NCBI GenBank assembly: GCA_016282255.1
Contig: JAEEKE010000030.1
Coordinates: 20,575 to 84,574, forward strand
Direction: 5' to 3'
DNA from: Bacillota bacterium
GTDB lineage: Bacteria; Bacillota; Clostridia; Christensenellales; CAG-138
DNA length: 64,000 nucleotides
The notes beneath the pieces were generated by a model, which ran no database searches, was not told where the DNA came from, and worked only from the letters and a program-made list of their open reading frames with translations. Both the position numbers and the translations under genes were made by a program. This document shows positions 7,597 through 15,800 of the stretch, piece after piece. Position 1 is the stretch's first letter; every line of letters begins with the position of its first letter.

Positions 7597-9162
7597 TCAC
7601 TCATTGTCCGAGGGCTTGTTTGAGCTCTCGCCGTAATGCCCGTAGTAACCATAGGTCCCGTAGTTACCGTAGTGACCGTAGTTTCCGTAATTACCGTAAC
7701 GACCGTAGCGACCATATCTTCCGTAGCGGCCGTAGCGGCTGTAGTTGCCGTAGCGGCCGTAGCCGCCCTGACCGACCACCGACCTGCGCTGGAACGGCAG
7801 GGTCCTCAGCTGGTTCAGGATGCAGCCGGCAAACTTTGCCCGGCAGTCGTGCAGCGAATCTATGGCGTCGTTGATGTCCTGCGCATAGACCATGTCGTAA
7901 CTGACAACGAGTATGCTCATATCGGCGCGGTCGGCAAGGACCTCCGCGTCGGCCATCAGCGACATGGGCGGCGTATCTATGATTATGTAATCGAACGCTT
8001 TTCTCGATACCTCGAGCAGCTCGCTCATTATCTCGTTCGAAACAATATCGGTCGAATTCTGATAGTTTTTATAATTGAGCAGCAGGTAGATGCCGCGCTT
8101 CTCGTCGTAGCGCATGGTCTGCTTCATCGTGCTCTCGCCCATCAGCAGTCCCGCGAGGCTCGTCGGCGGTATCTCCTCGTCCTTCTCAAGGAAAAGGGTA
8201 TGCAGCGTCGGGCGGCGCATATCGCCGTCGATCAGCAGCACGTCGTTCGACTGCTGCGCGAGCGAAAGCGCAAGGTTCGCCGAAACAGTGGACTTGCCCT
8301 CGTGCTCCTGAACGCTGGTTACCACTATAACCTTAGCTCCTTGCTTCTGTGCAAGGGCGGAAACCATAGCCGAGATCTTCTTGTTTCTTTCCACGAACTC
8401 GAAGCTTGCCGAAAGCTCGGTGACCAGAAGCTTTTTCTTTTTCCGTTTGAACAGGGAGCGGAGCTTCATCCTGCGGTCGTAGTACAGCGCGCCGAGGGGT
8501 TTTGTTTCAAGCTTTTCTTCAATATCCTTTTCGCTTTTGATCGTGTCCTTTCGATAGGACAGGAACATGAATAGCAGGCAGAGAGCGCCGAATGAAAGCA
8601 CAAAAGCATACTTGGTCTGTCTTCTTGCGGATATGACTTTATCCGGTCTGGTCGGGACGTTCGGTTCCTGAAGGACCTCCATGACCATATCCGTAGATAC
8701 GTAGCCGGCAAGCTCCCTGAAATTTTTCATTATGGAATGGGTTATTCGATATGTATTCAGCGGTGCGTCCGAGGTCACCTTCATAGTCATCAGGTTCGTG
8801 CCCTTGATGACGCTTGCGGACATCGTCGCATCGAACGAGCTGATGCCCAGGTCCTTGCAGACCTTCTTTTTCATAAGGCTGCTGTTGAGGATATTCGAAA
8901 AGCTTTTGGCCATGGTCGAGGCCGCGGTAAGGTTGCTGTATACGTAGTTGCTGGAGGTTTTTGACGTCACGACAAAGGTTGCCGAGGACGAATATTTGTT
9001 TACATTTTTCGTTTTAACATAGATATTGACGACCAGCGCGACAGCTATCGCTCCGAGCAGGATCACCCAGCTGTTCCTGAGCAGGTCTCTGAGTATGCTG
9101 TAAACGTCTATGCGCTCTATCAGCGTTTCGGGATTTGTATTGGTTTTTGCGTTCGTTTCCAT
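7597..9162 (-). CDS. Wzz-domain/BY-kinase fusion, copy 2 (divergent paralogue)
   Basis: 521 aa with the same architecture. Walker A EHEGKST, Walker A' LIDGDMRRP, Walker B IIIDTPP. The C-terminal tail GYGRYGNYSRYGRYGRYGRYGRYGNYGNYGHYGNYGTYGYYGHYG has 16 Tyr in 45 aa. Confidence 0.9.
   Translation of the reverse strand: METNAKTNTNPETLIERIDVYSILRDLLRNSWVILLGAIAVALVVNIYVKTKNVNKYSSSATFVVTSKTSSNYVYSNLTAASTMAKSFSNILNSSLMKKKVCKDLGISSFDATMSASVIKGTNLMTMKVTSDAPLNTYRITHSIMKNFRELAGYVSTDMVMEVLQEPNVPTRPDKVISARRQTKYAFVLSFGALCLLFMFLSYRKDTIKSEKDIEEKLETKPLGALYYDRRMKLRSLFKRKKKKLLVTELSASFEFVERNKKISAMVSALAQKQGAKVIVVTSVQEHEGKSTVSANLALSLAQQSNDVLLIDGDMRRPTLHTLFLEKDEEIPPTSLAGLLMGESTMKQTMRYDEKRGIYLLLNYKNYQNSTDIVSNEIMSELLEVSRKAFDYIIIDTPPMSLMADAEVLADRADMSILVVSYDMVYAQDINDAIDSLHDCRAKFAGCILNQLRTLPFQRRSVVGQGGYGRYGNYSRYGRYGRYGRYGRYGNYGNYGHYGNYGTYGYYGHYGESSNKPSDNE
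7630..7764 (-). repeat. Coding (xYG)n repeat = Tyr cluster of kinase 2
   Basis: Read directly from the reverse complement: five consecutive RYG units encoded with different Arg/Gly codons, then N/H/T-YG units. Confidence 0.9.
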
Positions 9163-9166
9163 ACTG

Positions 9167-10024
9167 TTATCCCTCCACGATCACATAGAGCGTCGCGCTG
9201 CCCAGCCATTCTGTATGCTCTCGGGTAAGCTGATAAACGACCTTATATATGCCGGGCGTATTGAGGTCGAGCGAGCCTGTGTAAAAGCTGATATCCTGGG
9301 CGGTGAAATCCGTTTCGCTGAAGGACTGTTTGACCCCTGCTGTCCAGATACCGTCGATCAGCGCGCTGAAATTTATATTTTTACCCACTTTGGTATAGAT
9401 AATATAGTCGGAAAGCGAAGGCGAGGGCTTATTGTAAGTCGTATAATCCTCCATGCTGACGACCATATCGATCACCGCGCTGTCGCCGAAGGAATTCGTT
9501 ACCTGCATATTCATTTTCTGCTGGATAACGGTATCGCTGACGGCGTTCGTCTGACCGAAATTGATTTTGATCTGTCTCGTGATATCGCCGTCGATGCAGT
9601 CCTCGGCGGATACGTGCTCAAGGTAATCATAACTCGACGCACCCGAGGAAAAGCGCATGGGAGCGGTCATTCTGAAATGAGGAGCAGTATAATCCGTAAA
9701 CCTCACGGTCCGCGTTTTGGTGCCGACGTTGTTGCTGCTGTCGAACGCGGCGTAGTTTACGTGTATCGTTCCCGGCTCGATGAATTTGCTCTTTGAGGCG
9801 ACGACCAAAGAATCGGTGATGTCTCCGTCGACGTTGTCCGTCGCACGCATGCCGGCGAGCAGGTCCTCATCCGTTGCGGCAACGCTTACCTCGAGTTCAT
9901 CCGATTCGGCGGTTATGACCGGAGCGGTCGTATCCGAAGTGATTTTATCATATATATAGGAAGCGGAAAAGAAGGTTGCAACAGCGATAAAGAATATCAG
10001 TATTGCTATTCGAAGTCTTCCCAT
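9167..10024 (-). CDS. Membrane-anchored extracellular protein with Ig-like (DUF5011/HYR-type) repeats
   Basis: 285 aa. N-terminal TM IAILIFFIAVATFFSASYIY. Two copies of the D..DGDIT motif (ATDNVDGDITDSL, AEDCIDGDITRQI) typical of bacterial Ig-like DUF5011 domains. Sits between the phosphatase and the kinases. Confidence 0.55.
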   Translation of the reverse strand: MGRLRIAILIFFIAVATFFSASYIYDKITSDTTAPVITAESDELEVSVAATDEDLLAGMRATDNVDGDITDSLVVASKSKFIEPGTIHVNYAAFDSSNNVGTKTRTVRFTDYTAPHFRMTAPMRFSSGASSYDYLEHVSAEDCIDGDITRQIKINFGQTNAVSDTVIQQKMNMQVTNSFGDSAVIDMVVSMEDYTTYNKPSPSLSDYIIYTKVGKNINFSALIDGIWTAGVKQSFSETDFTAQDISFYTGSLDLNTPGIYKVVYQLTREHTEWLGSATLYVIVEG

Positions 10025-10086
10025 CCAATTCTCCTCCCTTTCAGATCATGTAATCAGGCTGCACCGATCGGCAGCGTATTCGTCCA

Positions 10087-10836
10087 TTAGTATATCGGTA
10101 TCGGCTCGAGTCCGAGAAGCCGCTTGCCCTCGAGTATCCTTGAGGGGTTCTCCGACAGCAGCAGCATCGCGTACTGCTCCCCGAAGTTGTCTGTCAGGTA
10201 CTCTTTTATCCCGCCCATGAACGTCGTCCGCCGGATGACGCCGTGCGCGTCGCTCGCAACGCAGGCCGCCAGGCCGTGATCTACGAGGAGCTCGGCGATC
10301 TCCTGCGTTTCACGGCCGAATTTGCCGAGCAGGCTCGCTTTGTTGAGCTGAAGGCCGTAGCCCGAAATACACCAGTTGAAAGCAAGCTGCGGATCCTCCT
10401 GTATGCAGCGATAGCGTTCCGGATGCGCTATGATCGGGCAAAAGCCCATTGATGCGCAGCGCCTCAGTATCTCGCTGCAGTAATCGGGCTCCTCTTCGAA
10501 ATCGAACTCCGTAAGGAAATAGTTCGTGCCGTTGAGCGTCCACACCCGGCCGTCCCGAAGCAGCTGAGGCAGGTCGTCCGTAGCGAAGATCTCCATGCCC
10601 TTCATTATTTTGATCGGGATCCCGGCTTTCTCCGCCTCGCTTTCAAGCTGATCGAACAGCATATCGAGTTTTTCCGACGCGTAATTGCCGAACTCGTCGG
10701 GTATATTGCAGTGCGGTGTGGCGACTATCGTCTTCACTCCGCTCCGCGCGGACGTCAGCAGCATTTCGACCGAAGTCTCCATGCTGTCCGACCCGTCGTC
10801 GATGCCCGGAAGGATGTGGGAGTGGATATCTATCAT
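10087..10836 (-). CDS. cpsB: CpsB/CapC-type manganese-dependent protein-tyrosine phosphatase (PHP family)
   Basis: 249 aa. The N-terminus MIDIHSHILPGIDDGS, plus TPHCN and ASDAH, are hallmark PHP-type CpsB/YwqE motifs. Confidence 0.9.
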   Translation of the reverse strand: MIDIHSHILPGIDDGSDSMETSVEMLLTSARSGVKTIVATPHCNIPDEFGNYASEKLDMLFDQLESEAEKAGIPIKIMKGMEIFATDDLPQLLRDGRVWTLNGTNYFLTEFDFEEEPDYCSEILRRCASMGFCPIIAHPERYRCIQEDPQLAFNWCISGYGLQLNKASLLGKFGRETQEIAELLVDHGLAACVASDAHGVIRRTTFMGGIKEYLTDNFGEQYAMLLLSENPSRILEGKRLLGLEPIPIY

Positions 10837-10844
10837 CTCAACGT

Positions 10845-12626
10845 TCAGAACTCCATTGCCTCGATGCTCGACTGCGCTTCATCGAGTTCGGTGACGCTCC
10901 TGTCCTTCACACGGTAGACGCGGCTGCAGAGATTCAGCACGGTCGGTCGGTGCGTCGTAACGATGCAGGTCTTGTTCGGCTTGCTGGTAACGATGTTGCG
11001 CAGGACCTGGCGTTCGGTCGTTACGTCGAGCGCGGAGGTCGCTTCGTCGAGCAGCAGGACCGGTGCGTCGCGCAGTATCGCCCTTGCGATCGCAAGGCGC
11101 TGCGCCTGCCCCTCGGAGAAGCCGCGGCCCCTCTCGCCCACCTTGCTGTTTATGCCGTCCGGCAGAGCGGAAACGAAATCATATGCGCACGCTATCTTCA
11201 GCGCTTCGATTATCTCCTCGTCGGTCGCATCCTCGCGGACCAGGCGCATGTTCTCGGCCACCGTTCCCGAGAGGATCGTATTCCCCTGCGGAACGTAGGA
11301 GAAGAACGCTCTGCTGTCGGCATTCATTTCGACCTCGGTGCCGTCGGATGCTCTGAGGAAGGCCGTGCCCTTGTCCGGCAGGATGAGGCCGAGCATGAGG
11401 CGGATCATCGTGGTCTTGCCCTCGCCCGAGGGTCCGATCAGCGCCACGATCTCGCCCGGAGCGGCTTTAAAGCTCGAGCCGGTGATGACCTCCTTGCCTT
11501 CAACGTAGGCGAAGTCGACGCCTTCCATTCTGACCTCGAAGCCGTCTTCCGCAAGCGCTTTCAGCTCCTCGCTCTCCGGGATATGCCGTTCTCTCGGAAG
11601 GTCGATCAGCTCCCTGATACGGTGAGCGGAGACCGAGCTCGTCAGGAACTGCGGCACTATGCCGACGACGCTGTTGAACGCGCTTGAAAGCCGGACCCTT
11701 TGCTCGAGGAAGAGCGTCATCGTGCCGTAGCTTATCGCGTGGGTCCACAGCAGGAACAGGCAGTAGCCGAACGCCGCATACTGAACGATCATCCCGAGCA
11801 CGGACATGAATATGTTCGTCTTGATCGTGAACATATTGTATTCCAGGCTGATCTCCTTGAGCTTCTGCTGCCATTCACGCAGCTTCCGCCCGCAGGTCTT
11901 CATGATGCCGAAGGACTTGATGGTATCGAAGTTATAGAAGGTCTCCACCTCGAACGCCATCATCTCGCTGCCCTTTTCCTTGACCTTCTTGGCGTATTCC
12001 CTCTGCTTGCTGATGAAGTACTTGCTCATCAGCAGCATGACGGGCGCCGAAGCGAACGCGATCAGGGACATGATCTTATCGTAATGCCATATCAGTATGA
12101 ACGTTACGATGAAGTTATAGACGGCTATTATAATAGAAGGAAGCCAGCTTATCGCGTTCTTGCTGACGGTCTGCACGTCGCTGTTGAAGCGGTTGAGCAG
12201 GTCGCCGCTCGAATAGCCGCTTATCGCCTTCCAGTCCACGTCGATTATCCTGTCGAAGATATCGGCCTGGATATCGTTGTTGATATGGATGCCGATCTTC
12301 GCGGAGAGCCTGCTGATAAGGCTCGAGAAGACCAGGCTGAAAACCGCGCTCGAAAGTATTATCACTATCAGTATGCTGAGCTTGCTCGTCTGGTAGCCGG
12401 TGATGATGTCGATCATGTACTTGCCGGCGACGCTGCCGACAAGCCCGAGCGTGGTGCTAAGTATCCCGAGTACCGTGTAAAACACCACCGCCCACCTATG
12501 GCGCCTGGTATAGGTAAAGATCCAGCGCCAGTCCTCAACTATTTCGCCGAAGTTGCCGTCACGCCATTTTTTCGACAGCGTGCTCAGCGAATTGAAAAGA
12601 ATGCGGTTTTCCCCTATCTTCCTCAT
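10845..12626 (-). CDS. ABC exporter, fused permease/ATPase (type I exporter, MsbA/McjD-sized), no peptidase domain
   Basis: 593 aa. Six predicted N-terminal TM helices. Walker A GPSGEGKTT, signature FSEGQ (variant of LSGGQ), Walker B VLLLDEATSALD. It is 8 nt upstream of cpsB, making it the first gene of the EPS operon. Confidence 0.9.
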   Translation of the reverse strand: MRKIGENRILFNSLSTLSKKWRDGNFGEIVEDWRWIFTYTRRHRWAVVFYTVLGILSTTLGLVGSVAGKYMIDIITGYQTSKLSILIVIILSSAVFSLVFSSLISRLSAKIGIHINNDIQADIFDRIIDVDWKAISGYSSGDLLNRFNSDVQTVSKNAISWLPSIIIAVYNFIVTFILIWHYDKIMSLIAFASAPVMLLMSKYFISKQREYAKKVKEKGSEMMAFEVETFYNFDTIKSFGIMKTCGRKLREWQQKLKEISLEYNMFTIKTNIFMSVLGMIVQYAAFGYCLFLLWTHAISYGTMTLFLEQRVRLSSAFNSVVGIVPQFLTSSVSAHRIRELIDLPRERHIPESEELKALAEDGFEVRMEGVDFAYVEGKEVITGSSFKAAPGEIVALIGPSGEGKTTMIRLMLGLILPDKGTAFLRASDGTEVEMNADSRAFFSYVPQGNTILSGTVAENMRLVREDATDEEIIEALKIACAYDFVSALPDGINSKVGERGRGFSEGQAQRLAIARAILRDAPVLLLDEATSALDVTTERQVLRNIVTSKPNKTCIVTTHRPTVLNLCSRVYRVKDRSVTELDEAQSSIEAMEF

Positions 12627-12634
12627 TATACCTA

Positions 12635-12663
12635 ATTATACAACAAGAGCATCCCGATTGCAA
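12635..12663 (-). promoter_or_regulatory. SigA-type promoter TTGCAA-N17-TATAAT positioned for a leaderless ABC-exporter mRNA
   Basis: Minus strand: -35 at 12663-12658, 17-nt spacer, -10 at 12640-12635. Only 8 nt separate the -10 from the ATG (12626-12624). There is no Shine-Dalgarno sequence. Confidence 0.5.
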
Positions 12664-12701
12664 CATATAGTTCCGCTTTGTAAGCTTTCCTTTTTTTATA
12701 T

Positions 12702-12732
12702 ATTGAAAAACCAAAAATATTTTATTTTCAAT
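12702..12732. promoter_or_regulatory. 8-bp perfect inverted repeat ATTGAAAA-N15-TTTTCAAT in the divergent control region (candidate operator)
   Basis: Arms at 12702-12709 and 12725-12732. A third TTGAAA lies at 12736-12741. The repeat lies between the two divergent promoters in an AT-rich stretch. Confidence 0.25.
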
Positions 12733-12745
12733 TAGTTGAAATGCG

Positions 12746-12774
12746 TTGACACAAGCCACAACATGTTGTATAAT
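12746..12774 (+). promoter_or_regulatory. Perfect consensus SigA promoter TTGACA-N17-TATAAT
   Basis: TTGACA at 12746-12751, exactly 17 nt, then TATAAT at 12769-12774. An AT-rich UP-like region lies upstream. About 100 nt downstream are SD AAAGGAGG (12857-12864) and the TTG start at 12873. Confidence 0.7.
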
Positions 12775-12872
12775 GAGTATTAATTGGAATATTATGCGCG
12801 CAGGATATGTAAACAGCGTATAATTAACTAAGAAACCAATACTTTTCACACATTCAAAAGGAGGAAAGTAAG

Positions 12873-15800
12873 TTGAAAAAGCGTTTTGCGAAGATCCTTT
12901 CACTCGCGCTGGCTCTGATCATGGTCCTCTCCGTGCTGCCCACCGCTGCGCTCGCGCAGACCTCCGGCACCCGCAGGGCTTCCGTGCTCACCGACTGGGC
13001 CGACTGGATCATCGGCTGGATCATCCCCAGGCCGAAGCCCCGTCCCACCTATCCGGCGCAGACCCTGTCCTTTGAAGGGCGGGGCGGCACCCTCGTGTCC
13101 GTTGACGCGCCTGCCGGCGCTCTCCCGGCGAACACCTCGCTCGAGATCAACGACACGATCAACGCGACCGTACTTCAGGATGCGTACGACAGGCTGGCTG
13201 ACGAGCGCGGCACCGTTCTCAAGGCTGTCGACATCAGCTTCCTGAACAGCACCGGCAATGAGGTCGAGCCCCGTCAGGCCGTGACCGTCACTCTTTCGAG
13301 CGACGTTATCGCCGAGCTTGACGAGTTCACCCTCGTGCACTTCGACTGCTCTGCCGATGAGCTCGGCAACAGCAACGTCCATATGGAAGTCATCGAGGAT
13401 TGCTACGTATCCGGCAGCACCGTCACCTTCGAGGCGACGGACTTCTCCGTATACGCGGTTATCGGGGATCCTGGCGCTTCCCATGACGATGCTCGTCTCA
13501 CAGTAAATTTCCGTAAGCTGGAGAACAACAACGGCTCAATCGTGAACAGCATCGTTACAACAGTCTACGTCAAGAATACCGATGTGTATCTCGGTGATGG
13601 CGAGCGCGTTGATACCGTTCAGTACATTGAAGACATCGTTTTCGATCCCGGCGTCGGCGGTACTCTCGGCAAGGGTCTCCTCTTTGGCGGTTGGTCCATC
13701 GATGATCCTGAGGCAAATCCTTCCGGCAGCAATTACGGCGCGGCGTATGACCCCAACACCAAGGCCTACACCATTCCCGGTATCTGCGAGTACATCGGCG
13801 GGAAGGCCGGAACCTTCAAAGAGGGCGATGTGCTTGATATCTATGCTCTTATCTATAAGGTTTACGATATCACCTACGAGGACCAAAACGGCATCACGCT
13901 CTCGTCCGATATCGCCTTGATGTCGCTTTCCGCTTCCGTGGCGGATTTCACCATCAAGGAATCCTACAGGCCTAACGACCAGGTAACCAACTTTGAAGGC
14001 TGGCAGGTCAAGGAGGGCAGCGGCTACATCTCCGACGCCAGCGCGGCACTGCCCTATCCCATGGGCACAAGCATGAAGCTCAGCGGCGACGTTGTCTTCT
14101 CCACCGTGCTCGCCCCCGGCCATTGGCTCGTGTTCGAGGAGAACGGCTACGGCGCAACCTACAATGCGCCTATCTTCATCAAGTCCGACGAAGTCTCCCG
14201 CAAGCCCAGACCCGACAGCGAGATGGTCCGCCCCGGTTACACCTTCGGCGGCTGGTACACCGACGAAGCCTGCACCGACGGCAATGAATACACTTTCGGG
14301 CAGGCTCTTGACGACCGTCTTGTGCTCTACGCAAAGTGGACTATGGCAGCGACGGCCGACTACACCGTCATCATCTGGAAGCAGAATATCGACCGCGACG
14401 GATATGACTATGTTGAATCCATTCCGATGAACGGAACCACTGCCACCGCCATCAGTCCTATTACTCCTAGCGGCGAACACGGTGTGAGCGTAAACAACAG
14501 GACTATCACGTACGACGGTTTCACTCGCTGGAGTTATGATACCAGTAAGAAGATCGATCCTGCCGGCGGTACGGTTTTCAATGTTTACTTCAACCGCAGG
14601 ACGTATACTTTACTCTTCCAGGATTACACGTATACTCGCAATAACAATGGCACTTATGTCTACTGGCCCGGCGGGTATTTAAGAGTTGTAAGCGGCAACT
14701 GGTGGAATACTACGGTTAATTACTATTATTATCCCGAGGGGTATTACAGCAGCAGCAACAACAACGATACCAACGAAGGCGATTACGGTGTAGGCCCCAG
14801 CCCTGTTAGCGGTGTAAACAATAATTCTACAGTCACTTATTATACTGCGAAGAATGACAATTCTGCTGCGACCTATACTGCACACAGGTATAGTCGAAGC
14901 AATAACAGAACTACTGTTTATAGCATTGAGGGATACTACGAGCAGGCTATCATCAGTCATTTCCCGATCGAAGGCACGAACGGTATAACATATGACGACG
15001 GTCAGCGTTGGGATCCTGTAGGAAGTTCGACTTTCACCAGAGTTATTCTTTCGATGGAGCTGATGCCGGCGGAGAATGTTACATTCTATATGAATCCCGG
15101 TACCAAGAGGCCTCTGAAGACCATGAATTACTACGTTGAGGCCCTGCCCGGCACAACGGAGAACACGGTCACCTATGGCGGAAAGACTTTCACGCTTTAT
15201 AAAACCGTTGTTGCTCGTTATAACATGGTTACCGAGGCAGAGGACTTTATCGAGATCAAGGGTTATTCGCATTTTGCTGCAAATCCTGCCTTCAATGATA
15301 ACGGCGTAGCTCTCAACGACAGCTCCACCGACCAGTCCATTAACCTTTATTACTCAAGGAATGTCTATAATATCATTTACCTTGACGGCGACTATTTCAA
15401 CAGGTATGGCTCCATGTCCGACGGCAGGCCCAGTGATCAGGGTCAGTTCAAGGTGGATCCCAATATCTATTTCAATGCCGATATCAGCGCATACGGTAAG
15501 GGCGGCGCCTCCGAATACAAGCCCACTACCACGGGGTTTGTGTTTGACGGCTGGTACGTTGATAAGCAGTGCACAACCGAGGCGCAATTTGAGAAAATGC
15601 CCGCCGGCGACAAGACGGTCTATGCAAAGTGGAGGCTGATCGAATACCGCGTGTTCCTTAAGCCCAACGCTCTTGTAAACGGAGTTCGTGACAGCTCGCT
15701 TGACTGGGGCGATGACGATCAGGCCACCAACTTCCGTATCGATTACAACGGCAAGGTCTCCCTTCCCACCGGTCATAGGTTCGCATACGAATTCGGCGGC

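Noticed and set aside
6085-7764. Short periodic repeats that might suggest a CRISPR array or non-coding tandem repeat
   Set aside because: The repeats have a 9-nt period, are degenerate and lie in frame inside two kinase genes, where they encode the Tyr clusters. There is no repeat-spacer organisation and no cas genes.
10845-12626. Variant ABC signature FSEGQ as evidence of a degenerate or inactive ATPase
   Set aside because: Walker A, Walker B, and the D-loop and H-loop regions look intact. Substitutions at the first and third signature positions occur in active exporters. The evidence is not strong enough to call it degenerate.
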